From Octopus bimaculoides (Eukaryota), in NCBI RefSeq assembly GCF_001194135.2, contig NC_068998.1, forward strand, positions 16,746,834 to 16,810,833: 64,000 nt of DNA, in the 5' to 3' direction. The notes beneath the pieces were generated by a model. It saw nothing but the letters and a program-made list of their open reading frames with translations, had not been told where the DNA came from and did no database searches. Positions 23,508 to 37,600 of the stretch are shown piece by piece. Each line of letters starts with the position of its first letter. Within the stretch, counting starts at the first letter, position 1. Position numbers and translations under genes: made by a program.

Positions 23508-26423
23508 CAATAGTGTGTGATTTGAGGTAGATTTAACTGCCATTTTTAATAGGTTGAGTGTCTACAGAGAAACTTCTTTCATTTATTTTGTTAATGTATG
23601 TATAATAGTGTTTTATGACCAGATGGGAGCTGTGATAGAGGTGTCTGATACGATGTAGAAGTAAGCTCTGTGATATGATTTTGATTTTATTAATTTTCGT
23701 GTTGAAGCTACTTATTTACATTTTCATTGCTAGTTAATGCCCTTCAGAAAGGGATGGCTGTAACACAATCTTGGTTCACCCTTCTCTCTATATCTGTGTC
23801 AGATGTCAATATATTACTAAAATGAAATGAAAAAAAAAAATTAAATTATGGGAACAAGAATAATGACCTCTTTTCAAAGACATTGTTATGTAAATACTTA
23901 GTCTTAAAATTTTAAAGGATTAATGATATGAGTATTGAAACGAGAAAATAAGCATGTGCATAACATGCATGTTCTCTTGCGAAAAAAATTTTGCATTTGT
24001 TATGAAACCACATCAGTTTATTTTCAGTTTATTGTTGAGCAATAATGCTTTCTTCCAAAACAAAAGGCTGGGTGGGAGGTATTTGACATAATATTTTTAA
24101 GGGCATTAACATTGCGATTTTAAGAAATACTAGTAGTGTCCTATTGCTGTGTCAAACGTAACTGTTTCTAATTTTAAACGGATGGAAGTTAGAGATGATA
24201 ACCTGATTGTAAACAGCAGCATTTTGTAGTGTTAAATAAAAGAGACATATCATATTGGGTTGGTTGCTAGTCTTTATAAGTAACATTCTCTCTAGTAACA
24301 TTGAACTAGTATTTGATCCAATGAGATTGTATATTCTTACAGCATAAACTAAGGCTGGTAGATTTGTTTTGTTGAAAGAGCACAATAAAACAGTTGTTAT
24401 GAGATATGAGCTCTGAAGCTTTGGAGGTAACTTAATCCATCATAAAGTTTAAAAGGGTAAAGAGCCCCTCCCACCTTGGTCATGAATAACCATGAGATTC
24501 CACCTAGAAAGATCCTCTTTGAGGCACAAGTCCAGGCAAGGTTGTTTATGGAAGACCAGCAGTCACCCATGCATACCAGCCTCCCCTATCCATGCCACTG
24601 ATGTTTACTTTGACTTAGCTGTTTAGGTGTATCCCTAAGGATTTGGGGATACACTGCTAGTATTTCTCTCTTTTACTTGTCTTAATCATTAGACTGCTGC
24701 CATGCTGGGTTATCACCTTAAAGGATTTAGTTGAAAAAATCGATTCCCTATACATTTTTTAAGCATGGCACTAATTCTATCAGTTTCTTTTGCTGAACCA
24801 CTAAGTTATGGGAATGTAAATAAACCAGCAACACTTGTGAAGCAGTTGTGGGACAAATACAGACACACACACATAGTTTCCATTGAGTGAATTCACTCAC
24901 AAAGCACTGGCCTGCTGGAGGCTATAGTAGAATACACTTGCCAGAGGTACCATACAGTGGGACTGAACCCGAAACCTCATGGTTGCAAAGCAATGTGTGT
25001 GCCTCTTATACTTCTGTCCTTCAACAATACACCTTATTCTCTTTGCTTCATTCATTCTGACCAAAAATAAAGCAGCAGTCTTACATTGTGGTGTTATGAA
25101 GGTCATTGAACCACAAAGTAAAATGCTTCAGAGTACACACTAATACATCCAAATTTAATCCCCTGGCTGATAAAAGCTGAAGTAAAAAATATGATATGGA
25201 AACATGCATATTGAAGACACCCACCACCATTGCTAGTGTTTTTAACACTAAGTACTAATTAAATTTAATAGGTTTGTTACATTAGTTGTGTATGTAATTT
25301 TAACTTATCTGTTAATAATGTTGATTTGAAATTAATTCTGGTCTCTATTCTTAGCTTATCTCTTCATGGTTTTTATCTAATTGACTTATTGTGTTTTTTT
25401 TTTCTTATATTCTACACCAACTAATTTTTTTAACCTAATCATTTTCTCAAATTTTTGCTATATCACATTCTCTCCTAATAAGACTAGATTAAATTAGTTT
25501 TTTTCTCTCTCTTTTTAGTCCTTAAAAATTTTTAATTACCTTAAATTTAGTATTTATAAGTATTGGTTTCAAATTTTGACTCGAGACCAGCAATTTCAGG
25601 GGAGGGGATAAGCCGACTGCATCAACCTCAGTACTCTACTGGTACTTGTGTTATGGACCCTGAAAGGATGAAAGGCAAATTCAGCTCCAGTGGCATTTGA
25701 ACTCAGAATGTAAAGTCAGAAGAAATGCTGCCAAGCATTTTGTCTGGCATGCTAACGATTCTGCCAGCTTGCAGCCCTAATATTTATAAATATTAAATTC
25801 AGAAAATGTTTCAAATGAAATCTTGAGAGACAAAATAGAAAAGAGACAATCATAAACATTGCTTACAGACCCTTCACCTATGTTCTCTTATTATTTAGAC
25901 CTAAGTTAGCTCAGATCAAGCAGAATTTGTAATCAAGGACATTATTGCCACCACAACTCAATCATGTTAATTTTTTTTTTTTTTTTTGAGACATGACATC
26001 ATGTCCTTCATTTTTTAAGACAATAGTGTGAGATCTTTGAGATTTTCTAATTTCTAGATGATCCAGTAACCACATAAATACCTTGTCCCTCCCCCTTTAT
26101 TGCCTCATCAGGGTTTTGTTCTTATGATATGTTCTCTGTTTTGAGTTTCCTCTTTTCTCCCCTGTTTTTTTTTTTTAAATTATTCCCAATAAATCTTTAT
26201 TATGTGCTGAGCCTGCAGAATTGTTACCACATGCTTAGCAAAATTTATTCTGGCGTAACAGAAATTTGTTCTGGCTCTCTATATTCCACTGAAGTCAGTT
26301 TTATCTTTCATTCTTTGGGTTTGATAAAATGAATACTAGTTGAGCACTGGGGTGAATGTAATTGATTGCCTCCTCCACTACAGTTTCAGGCCTTGTGCAT
26401 GCATATAATGGAAAGAAAGAATA

Positions 26424-26470
<47 letters not shown>

Positions 26471-26473
26471 CAA

Positions 26474-26878
26474 GACGCAGGAGTGGCTGTGTGGTAAGTA
26501 GATTGCTTACCAACCACATGGTTTTGGGTTCAATCCCACTGCGTGGCACCTTGGGCAAGTGTCTTCTACTATAGCCTCGGGCCAACCAAAGCCTTGTGAA
26601 TGGATTTGGTAGACGGAAACTGAAAGAAGCCCGTTGTATATATATGTATATCTATATATATGTGTGTGTATGTTTGTGTGTCTGTGTTTGTCCCCCCAAC
26701 ATCACTTGACAACCGATGGTGGTGTGTTTACGTTCCCGTAACTTAGCGGTTCGGCAGAAGAGACCGATGGAATAAGTACTAGGCTTACAAAGAATAAGTC
26801 CTGGGGTCGATTTGCTCGACTAAAGGCGGTGCTCCAGCATGGCCGCAGTCAAATGACTGAAACAAGTAAAAGAGTAAG
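26474..26878 (+). mobile_element. SINE family A, full-length reference-like copy directly upstream of a family B SINE
   Basis: Complete head-core-tail with possible ATCAA TSD. Other family A copies or fragments lie near 7565, 17830, 24665, 30790, 36595, 37130, 39028, 40270, 42545, 46500, 47430, 54310, 54735, 56525-57185, 57600, 59430, 63220 and 63341. Confidence 0.93.
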
Positions 26879-27588
26879 AGATCAAAATTGGTGAGCTGGC
26901 AGAATTGGTAGCATACCTGGGCAGAATACTTGGTGACTCTGAGTCTAAATTCCACTGAAGTTGACTTTGCCTTTCATCCTTTTGGGGATCAATAAAATAA
27001 GTACCAGTTGAACACTGGAGTCAATGTAATCAACTTATCTCTCTCCTGAAATTGCTGGCCTTGTGCCAAAATTTGAAATTATCATTATAAAGCGTGCAAG
27101 GGTGATTGTTTGGCAGAAATGCTAATGTTGTACAAACATTCTAATATTCGTAACACTTGCAGTATATAGTTATGGCTCTTTACATTCAGAGTTCCAATCC
27201 CATTAAGGTCTATCTACTTTGCTTTTCCATCCTTCAGTGGATTGGACTGGGAAATAAAAAATAAAGTACCAGTCAAGTATGGTATTTCATCAGTATTTTA
27301 ACACTTTAATATTCAGATAATGCTGACAAATGTAATGCTTTTTATTCATTCATATTGTTTTGAATTAATCATGTATTATCTCAAAGCTTTGAGATATTTC
27401 AGTGATGTGATTGTTTATTTTTAGAATGATATTGTAGGGTAAGTGTGAGAGGCCAGATCTGGTTGATTTGACCATAAAATGAGTAGAATATTTGGGCTGG
27501 ATATAGCCAGTTTGAAAGCTAAAGAGTTAAATATTGGTAACCCATGTCTCACCAAATTTTATGACCTCATGCCTACCATCTTAGATAT

Positions 27589-27976
27589 TATGTTTATGTT
27601 GGCACTTCGATGCTTATGACGTCGAGGGTTCCAGTTGATTCGATCAATGGAACAGCCTGCTCATGAAATTAACATGCAAGTGGCTGAGCACTCCACAGAC
27701 ACGTGTACCCTTAACATAGTTCTCGGGGATATTCAGTGTGACACAGTGTGACAAGGCTGACCCTTTGAATTACAGGCACAACAGAAACAAGAAGAAAGAG
27801 TGAGAGAAAGTTGTGGTGAAAGAGTACAGCAGGGTTCGCCACCATTCCCTGCCAGAGCCTCGTGGAACTTTAGGTGTTTTCGCTCAATAAACACTCACAA
27901 CGCCCGGTCTGGGAATCGAAACTGCGATCCTATGACCGCGAGTCCGCTGCCCTAACCACTGGGCCATTGCGCCTCC
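27589..27976 (-). mobile_element. SINE family C (head 2 + body alpha), full length with 14-bp TSD
   Basis: TSD ACCATCTTAGATAT at 27575-27588 and 27977-27990. CpG-rich and very similar to 45051-45432. Confidence 0.93.
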
Positions 27977-29368
27977 ACCATCTTAGATATAATTAATTGA
28001 AAATGAGAGCAGAGACCAAAATATTGTCACCACATTCAATATCAATATTTCTAGTTGTATTGAACTTCCTTAGTTTGCTGTGATAGAATTGTGCATGGCC
28101 ATAAAGCTTTTTGTCAGAAGGTAAAGGTTCTTTATTAAATTAATTTTTCCATGTAACCTTATTGTAATAGTGGTGTTGGCATGGTGGTGGTAGTAGTAGT
28201 AGTAGTAGTAGCAGCAGCAGCAGTGATAGTGATAGTAAAGTAGGTCTAGAACAACCTGGATTTCTCTTATGTAGAACTGCCTATCTTAAGTATTTTGCGA
28301 GGAGGTACTTGATAAGGTGAAAACTTTTGTGATAGTATACAGAAATGTGTGTTTAAGGTGAAGGGAGTGGAGGTAAGACATAGTGGAATTAGCATAAGAC
28401 AGTTATCAGTTTACAAACTGTTAGAAGCTAAGTGCTTCTTCTTTCAGGTTAAGTAAAAGCAACAGAGTCATGTTTGATGAAGCTGATTGTGATGATGATG
28501 ATGATGATGATACTTTTAGGTCAAGTCTGGACAATATGCATTTTTTCTCAGGCTCTACAACCTACATAAAATTGATTTAGGTTATTACCAAAGATATCGG
28601 TGGTGGTGGTGGTGGTGGTGGTGGTGGAGGGGTAGTCATCAAAACCACCTTCACCAGAACTGCTATCAACTGCCAGACCCTGAAAGGTGGTAGGTCCACC
28701 CTGCCCACTCTTGAAGCATATATTTTCTCTCATTTTTTTTTTGTGGTTTTTGTCTTTTGTTTCTACAAAAGATTTTAATCTTGAACGTGTGTGTGTGTGT
28801 GTGCACGTTGCTTTGTATGATTGACGAGAGATTGTGAGATACCTTTAAAGTAGCACTTTACCTGTTTTAGATCACAAAATCATAATTCCCTGTAAGCTAT
28901 ATGAGTAAACCACTTGAGTTCTATGCATATGGAATTTTCTCAGACAAGTCACAACCAAATGCCTGTTCACACCAGCATATACTGGCCAATGCTACTGTCT
29001 CTTTTTTTTTTGAGAAAGAGAGAGAGAATTTAGCTTATAACATTTAAGCCAGCCATGTCTAGCCCAAATATTCTACCCGTTTTACACTCAAATCAGCCAG
29101 ATCCTGTCTCTTACACCTACCCTACAATGCCATTCTAAAAATATACAGTTATCATCAAAATCTTGAAACTCAAGATAATATATGATTATTCAAAACAATC
29201 ATCATTATAATCATCATCATCATCATCATCATCATCATTGTTTAACGTCTGCCATTCATGCTGGCATGGGTTGGGCAGTTTGACAGGAGCCGTCTAAGCA
29301 GAAGACTACTGCATGTTCTGTGTCTGTTTTGGCCAGCATGCTAACAATTCTGCCAGCTCGCCACTTTA

Positions 29369-29412
<44 letters not shown>

Positions 29413-30272
29413 TTAAACAAATCTGGATATTTTGGTGGTGGGGTGGCATTGATGAGGTAATAGTCTGACTTGCATTTTTACTTGTTTTATCGACCTGGAG
29501 TAGGCAAAAGGCTAAGTCAAATCTTTTAGCATTCCAGCTATATCCTGTGTGTCCTTTATTTAAGATTACGAGTTCAGATTTGAGGGTGAATTAATTGCTA
29601 TTTCTAACAGGTCAAGCAACTATGCAGAAGCCCTTCCCTCCATGTTGATATGCGCGTGCACACACACACGCACACACACACACATTTTCTGTTTTCATAT
29701 ATTTCTCTACTGTGGGTCTCCTCTCATAGATTTATGTATCTGCAGGGTGTGGCGGTGGATTTGAAGTGTGGGACAGTTTTCCCCCTGTCATTAACTTCTT
29801 TTCTACTCAAAGAGATAACAGAATTTACTTATTGCTTACTCATTAGAGTTCATGACATCTAAAAAATTATTTAAACCCCCAACCCGCTATCATTTATGAG
29901 TATAAGTAGGTGCATTAAAAGAACCTTCTTCCTGTCTTTTCTGATAGAATTCCTGGCCTGGACATGGTTGAAGGAGATGCAATTAGAGATAGCTTCTTAT
30001 AACATCAATCAATAATTATCTTATAGATGTTAGATAAAGGGTTTCAATGTTTGAGTTTGTTTTTCCTTGTAATCAGAAGTGTTTTCAATGAGTTGTTTTT
30101 TTTATATTTATTGTTATTTAATACCCATCCCAAGTGATCTAGCAGATATATATGTGTAATTAAAGGTGTTTCAACCATTCCTATCATATCTTATATATAT
30201 ATATATATATGCTCACGGTGGTGCACCAGCATGACCGCAGCCACTTGGCTGAAACACATAAATAAATAAATA

Positions 30273-30720
30273 TATAGGTCTGATCAATAAGTATCCGGAC
30301 TGTTGCCATAGTAATGAAGCTAAAGCATGCAGAGTGAAGCTGCTTGGCAAAGGTTGACCTTGGATTCTGCTGTGCATGTACACTAAGTTTTAATGTTCTA
30401 TCTCATTTCTGCTGTGTACAGGAGTGCTAGTAAAGAATGTCTGTAGCGTTTGATCATCACATTGACCATGACAGAGAAAGTTGTCATGGCGATACCTGCT
30501 CAAAGGCATATGTAAAGTGGCAGAAAGTGTATGAGCTGCACACAAGTGTAGGAGTGGTTCAGACGTTTCCAAGATGGCTGAAAAAATGTCGATATTGACG
30601 AACGTTCTGAGAAAGACATCACAAATGTTAGTGCAGCTGTGAGGGGAAATCGTAGAATAACCATCCATGAGTTATCATAGGATGTGCAGATTAGTTACAG
30701 TTCTGTTCAGTGCATTATCC
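30273..30720 (+). mobile_element. Mariner remnant of a second family (5' TIR + HTH region)
   Basis: aggtctgatcaataagtatccggac TIR-like end. Disrupted MTEKV...GDTCSKAY...*EWFRRFQDG*KNVDIDERS...RGNRRITIHELS. Confidence 0.8.
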
Positions 30721-31089
30721 TATCTAATTGTCCAACCAATGCCAGCATGGAACACAGACATTAAATGATGATGATGATGATGATGATGATGGCTCTGTGT
30801 GTGTGTGTGAGTTTTGTATTTATCTCTCACCACCATTGTTAATTTATTTACATGCCCAAACTTAGTGGTTTAGCAAAAAGAGACTGATAGAATAAGTGCT
30901 AGATTTAAATATGAGGTTAACTGAGGTTAATTTATTTGACTAAATCCTTGAAGGCGGTGTCCCCAGTATGTCTGTGGTCCAATGACTGAAACAAGTAAAA
31001 TAAGAGATGTGAGGGACTACATGAACCAAGCCTATAATTTGATTCATTTGATGCTTGCCTTTTACTTACTCATCTTTAAATAAGCGCCA

Positions 31090-31120
<31 letters not shown>

Positions 31121-33777
31121 ATGGGTGTGCATAGGTGTGCCTGTCTCCTTGTTTTGACATCATGTGATAATTGTAAAAGTGTGTCATCATCTTACAAGCA
31201 GTGTTCTTCATTTCCAATATTACATGAAAACTTGTCTGGCCAAGGGGAAATATTACTTTGCTTGGAAACAGGTGAAGGTTGGCAACAGGAAGAGCATCTG
31301 GCTGGAGAAAATCTGCCTCAACAAATTCTCTTTAACTTGGGAAAGTGGGATGTTAAAATGATGATGTTGTATTTATGTACTCATAAATTCATGCACGCAT
31401 GCATATTAAAAATTTAAAATTTAACCTATATAACAAATGGAAAATTGTTTATAAAATAGTTATCAGCTTTAACAGATTCTTTCTTTTCGTGGTTACCTTT
31501 GTCTAAATGCTTTTCCTTTATTGGGAAGAATAGTTTCTGATTTATTAGGGTTTGGATAATGGATAATTTTGAATGGATAAACTGACTCCTCTGAAGTTGG
31601 AAATATTGACTTAAGAAAGAAATGCATTTAATTTGTGACTATGACAGAACATAAAATACCTTCAGTTTGTCTGCTGCTTGCTATGAGGTTTCAAAGTAGT
31701 GATTTATTAAATTTAGCAGGATTTGCATTACATGTACAAGTTTACTTGGAATGAATATTATGCTGTATGTGTATGTCTCTCTATAATTATTTTGAACAAA
31801 ATAAATTTTGGACCAGAATGAAGTGTTAGTAATGTCTATGAAATATTAAATGTTATAGAAGGGTAATTAGGAAGGGTTTTGTTAAAATCAAGTTGGTGTC
31901 TGGTTTTAGATTCTTTATTGTAGTTAATTTCAGAAGCTAAAGTAGTTCATTCGTTGACTCTGTTTTGCACAGGACAAATAAAATCCACAAAGAACTATTG
32001 TGACTTAATAATAAATGAAAGGTTTAAGAAAATATCAGAGTTTTTATAGATAAAATTCCTTGAGAAAGATGAAACAGCTTTCTAAATTTTTTCATTTTTT
32101 TTAGCAGTATAAAAGTCTGTATGTTGTTGATTGATGTCAAAAAGAGTTTTTTTTTTATATGAAAGTGTTGGCTATTTCTTATTTTAAATTAAAGATTATA
32201 AACATACATACTTGTACAATTAAACCTTGGGAGAGGCATTATGCCGGTAATAAACACACGCACTGGTTCAGTCCTTTATTAATTTATATAGTTTTTTGTT
32301 AAATTATTTCATTGCACTCTTGCAATCTCTTCAGTAACTTGTCTCTCCACTTCCATTTATTTTGAATATATGATCTGGCGTTGTTTTGGCGTTGTTTCAA
32401 AACTGTTTGGTATGAGCATGTGAGTGTGTGCAAGCTCGTATGTGTGCACGCTCATATGTGTGCACGCACTTATGTGTTCGTGCTTATATGTAAGTATGTG
32501 CGTCCATATGTGTGTTTGTCACAATTTCGTTTATATCAGATCAGATAGAGACTTTTTAATTAATTTATTTACGTTCATATTCCGCATCATATGTGTGAAC
32601 AACACATGCAACCATGGGCAATTGTAAGGCCCTCATCTACGTGTACTTGTGTTATTAGGCTACTATCTCTTATATTTTTCTTAGCATAAAATTAACCAAA
32701 ATATTTGAGAATCCCTTGTCTTTTGTTGACTATAACTTTAATTCTCACATTTTGTCAATCAAACCAAAAAGCAACAACAAAATCTAACTATTCCATACTA
32801 AATACTCAATATAAAAGCATCTAATATTTGTGATAAATGAAAACTTTTGTCTGTCTTCTTAATTGGAGATTTGAGACTGTTGATGTTGAAATATTTAAGA
32901 AGCTGCTGGTTCTAAATGGCAGGCCAGTGTCTTTTTACCCTTGATGTTGTTCACAGTGGAGAAAGTTTTATCTTACTTTAAATTTTACTCAGTGAGATTC
33001 AACTTCTCCAACTGCAAACTTCATCAATCTCTCGGACTTTCAATGGCTGCCAACAGTATGCATCTTCATTTTGTTTCACTATGGTAATCTTTATTTATTT
33101 ATTTTATATTTTTTTATTTTTCTTATATGAAATTAATTTGAAATAAATGTTTTAGTTTTATCCCATTTTATATATTATATTTTATATTTTTATTTTATAT
33201 ATTTCAAAATTAATTTATTATTTCTTTTGTTGCAATAAAAATTATTGAAAAAAAATCTAAAAGCCTCTTCATAACTTTATTTAAAATTTTAAACAAAAAT
33301 TAGTTATTAAACAATCTGTTGTTTACATTGCAAAGAATTAATTGATTGAATGACTGAAGTGCTGAAATTAATACAAAGCCATATATAAGTCACTTTAATT
33401 TAGTGAATTCTGTTTCTCTTTTACTCTAAATACCAATCTAGCTTTATGCAAAGTGTATGATAATTACGCTTTAAAGCATTTTCCGAAAACTAATACAATT
33501 TTCTACATGGTAAAATGTATTATTGATGAAAAATTCCAATCAAATCAAGCCATGATAGTGTGGAAGAATGACTTCAATATTTTTATGCTAATTAATTTTG
33601 TTTATAGCATTCATCTAAATATTATTGTTGGTTGCAATAATTTAGAAATAGTAAGTCGGCTCTGTCTGAAGATTTGGTAGTAATTATTGCTGCTGAATTC
33701 ATGAATTTCTTGAATATTTTAAATAATTGTTTTAAGATCTACTGAGTGGATGTCTGGAACTAAATTTGTATCTTTAA

Positions 33778-34009
33778 CCCTTTAGCATTTAAACCAGCCA
33801 TGTCCGACTCATATATTCTATCTCTTTTATGTTTAAACAGGCTAGAATCTAGCCTAGATCATATAGCCTCTCATATCTACCCTCCAATGCCATTCTAAAA
33901 ATAAACAAACACATCATTAAAATCTCAAAGCTACGAAATAATGCATGATTAATTCAAAACAATGTGAATCAATAAACATTACATTTGACAGAATGTGAAT
34001 GCTAAAGGG
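33778..34009 (+). mobile_element. piggyBac-like MITE family E, intact copy
   Basis: TTAA|CCCTTTAGCATT...AATGCTAAAGGG|TTAA. Other copies at 410-630, about 27300-27530, 29030-29200, 44975-45580, 52785-53315 and 63625-63800. Confidence 0.88.
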
Positions 34010-34628
34010 TTAATACTGGTAAGGTTTGGTGAAGTAGGTATCAGAATTTAGTTTTACTTCACAGTAGAAAATGGGGAAGCATTAAAAAATGTATATAGTG
34101 TAAGAATGAATTAAGAATTGTATGAGAGCATGAGATATATTGATTACATTTATTTTGAATTAAATTATTTAAATGATTTATTATATATCAAGTGTTATAT
34201 TTGAGAGAGAAAATTGTGATACTTCGTACACGTATTTCAAGGCTATTTTCCTTGCTGAAGGTAGGGTTACAGGCTCCATGACAGTCTTTTCCATTTTTCC
34301 CTTTCCTCTACATCTCTCCTGCCTCACACTCTTACCCTCATTTCTTCCTTCATCTTTGTTGATGTCTTTAATGGTCTACCTTTACTTTCATATTCCTTTC
34401 TGTCACTCTCCTAATCTACTCTCCTTCATCCTTCCTCAGCACATGAAATAAAATTTCAAGTTGGGATGAAATATAATTTTAATATTTTAATCTTTCTTCT
34501 AATAAATTCTTTGTTGAATTCTGTGAGTGATGAGAATGTAATGTATGAAGTGGATGAGTTAGTTTTTGAAGAATGTATCACAAAGTAATAATCTTTGATA
34601 ACTTGGACAGAAATAAATCTTTGATTCA

Positions 34629-34670
<42 letters not shown>

Positions 34671-37600
34671 NNNNNNNNNNNNNNNNNNNNNNNNNNNNNN
34701 NNNNNNNNNNNNNNNNNNNNNNNNNNNNNNNNNNNNNNNNNNNNNNNNNNNNNNNNNNNNNNNNNNNNNNTATATATATACATATATATATATATATATG
34801 GACTGGTGAGTGTTGATTTGATTTTGATTATTGCTGAAAGAAAGAACTGTTATATACCTGCTATTTCTAACTGTTATTTCCCTAACTCCTACAGGTTTTA
34901 GGTTTCATGTCTAAATGGAAAAGACAACAGAAGCCCTATTCATCTTTCTCTACCTCCTTCCTCAAGGTGTTATGCATTAGAAAAGCTTGTATGCTAATAA
35001 ACAATAAAAGATGATTCACTGGTTTAGCTTAATGCATGAGGAGCATAAGGAAAATTATATAGCAACAATATCCTCGTGAATTTCCCATCTGAATTTGCAA
35101 ATCTGTTCACTTTGTTCAAATAAGAAACTAGTTCAGATCCTTTGAATTATCTGTTTTGATAATTAGAATGCTGTTTGGAGAGTACCATGATAGAGATTTA
35201 ACAGTAAAGGAATTTTTAGGCACAAAATATATCAAACCCTGCCAACCCCTGTCAAGCATTCCTCCACATTTCATCTTCCTAACACTCATCACTCTTCTAA
35301 CTATGGCACTACCCAGCTATTGTTATCATTTGTGAGTAGAATCGGCATATAGTTCATCCCCACTTTTTCACTGTCACTTACCTCCTGCTCCTTGGAACCC
35401 AAGGAATGATAAATATATACTCATTAAAACACATAAAATAATGAAGTAGTCTTATATGTAAGAATAACCAATCAATGTTAGAATAGAAAGTGAGAAAATG
35501 CATGTTGTATTAGACTACTAATTTGGAGTAGTTCAAATCCATAGTGTACACACCATGGTTCTTGGGAAAAGTTAGCAGACTTTCTAGGAAATTACCTGTG
35601 GCAGACTGGTATTTTGTCCCAAGGAAGCTTCTTCTATTTCTGTTTTCAGAAACTGATAAAGCTTCCAGTGGAAAAATTGTAATGCAATATATAAGACCTT
35701 TGCTTATAATGTAAGGAATTACCATATTTGCAGGTGTATAAGATCTGTTTTTTTTTTTATTACATCTTTAAATATATCAGAAAATTGCTCTGCATTTAAT
35801 GCATCATATTATGCATAGGAGACTGAGTATTGTAGGCTTGGAAGCTGGATGAGTGTATGTCTGTTAGGTACACTAATTGTTACTAATTATAAAATATTGA
35901 AGACAAACATTCTGTTACCACAAACTTACAAAAAATTGCTTATGGTACGTTGGCAGTTATGTGGGGAGGTAATACCATTTCATGGCACTACCTTCCCTAG
36001 CATACATAAGCCACATCTGGTTTATGTCTTACATTATTTAATAAGTGTGTTACCTTCAGGAAACATTTTTTAATTATATAAGTGAAAACATTCCAAGGAA
36101 GATGAAAGAAATGTTAATCTTTCTCCTTCCTGCCAGTTATTTGCAATGAGTGGATGACACAAAACCGTAGTTGTGGTGCACCATCCTGATGGTCAGTCGC
36201 TAGGAACACAAAGCATCACAGCCAAAAATACAAGTTTTGCACCCGATATAGCAGTTTTCTTGACCAAGGTATAAACAACTGTACAGCTAATTTGAAAGAA
36301 TATGAACTTGTGACACGGTACTTGCATAACATTATTTATTTATAAGTTTATGGTTTCGTACTTTATTCCAGTATATTTCCACAACTTTGTACTTGCATGC
36401 ACAGAATCATACATTGCCCCTACAAAAATATCTTTCAGTAAGTGGATAATGAAACATTAAAAGTTTTCTCTTTTCACCCCCCCCCCCCACAAATATATTT
36501 GTAAAATATAGTGCTTCTCATGCAAGAGTGCATCTTATATGCTGGTAAATTTGGTAACTAAGATTTTAATGTAAATGATATTAGATGTTATATAAGAAAT
36601 GTCTTCTACTATAGCCTCAGGCTAACCAAAGCCTTATTAGTGGATTTGGTAGATGGAAACTGAAAGAAGCCCGAGATGTGTGTACCTTTGTGTCTGTGTT
36701 TGTTCCCCATCACTGCTCAATGGTGTAGGTTACGATTATATCAGAATTTAATTTTTTAAGAAAAGAGAGAGGATGGATATTTCATGCATCTCTACTTTGC
36801 TTTCTCATATAGTTTGTTGATTTAATTACAATTATGTTGAAAAAAATTAACTTTTGAGACCCTCATGATCCTGTTTTTTCTAGCATACTAAACGACCACA
36901 TAGAGGATGGGTTACCTTTCTGTATTGTTTAAAAGAGTGAGATTAAGATTGTGATAAAAGAATGAAAGAAATATGTATCAGTAATTAGTGCTAGCATTAT
37001 ATTCTCCTCTCTGCTGAGATTTCAGAGAATTTTTAGGGATAGGCTGGAATGGTCCTCAAAAATAATTTCTTTTTTTCAACATAATTGTAATTAATAGAGC
37101 AACACTTGTTGTCACACTTGTTGTCACACATATGTACGATGGGCTTCTTTTAGTTTCCATCTACCAAATCCACTCACAAGGTTTTGGTTGGCCTGAGGCT
37201 ATAGTAGAAGACACCCAAGGTGCCATGCAGTGGGACTGAACCTGAAAGCATGTGGTTGGGAAGCAAACTTCTTACCGCACATCCACACCTACTCCTGGAA
37301 AAAAAATCATCCAAAAATATAAGGTAGCAGTCATTATAGCTTCTAAAATTTGTCACTGTATTCAGGTAGGCCATTCATTAAGTTTATTGAAAAATATATG
37401 TCTGAATAATTTCTAAGTACTTGATTAATCATTCTATCAGTGATTATAGTACTTAGATTTTTCACGTGGATGCAGTTTTGTTATTATCAAGTGTCATATA
37501 TTTGGTACTTTGTGATTTACACAAAAACCCGTATTGTAAGTTAAGTGTCAAGTTTCAAATATATCAACAAAAAAAAAAAAGTTAAGTTAATGAAGCTGAA

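Noticed and set aside
27900-27976. tRNA-like sequences with A and B boxes (also 3061, 3685, 26474)
   Set aside because: They are SINE heads continuing into SINE bodies, with no complete cloverleaf.
28548-28740. Poly-Gly / poly-Thr ORF
   Set aside because: Produced by a (GGT)n microsatellite. No consistent exon chain or homology.
32890-33082. Open frames ending at ATG|gtaatc (e.g. NLSDFQWLPTVCIFILFHY)
   Set aside because: All three frames are briefly open, there is no decisive acceptor and no SZT2 similarity, so chance cannot be excluded.
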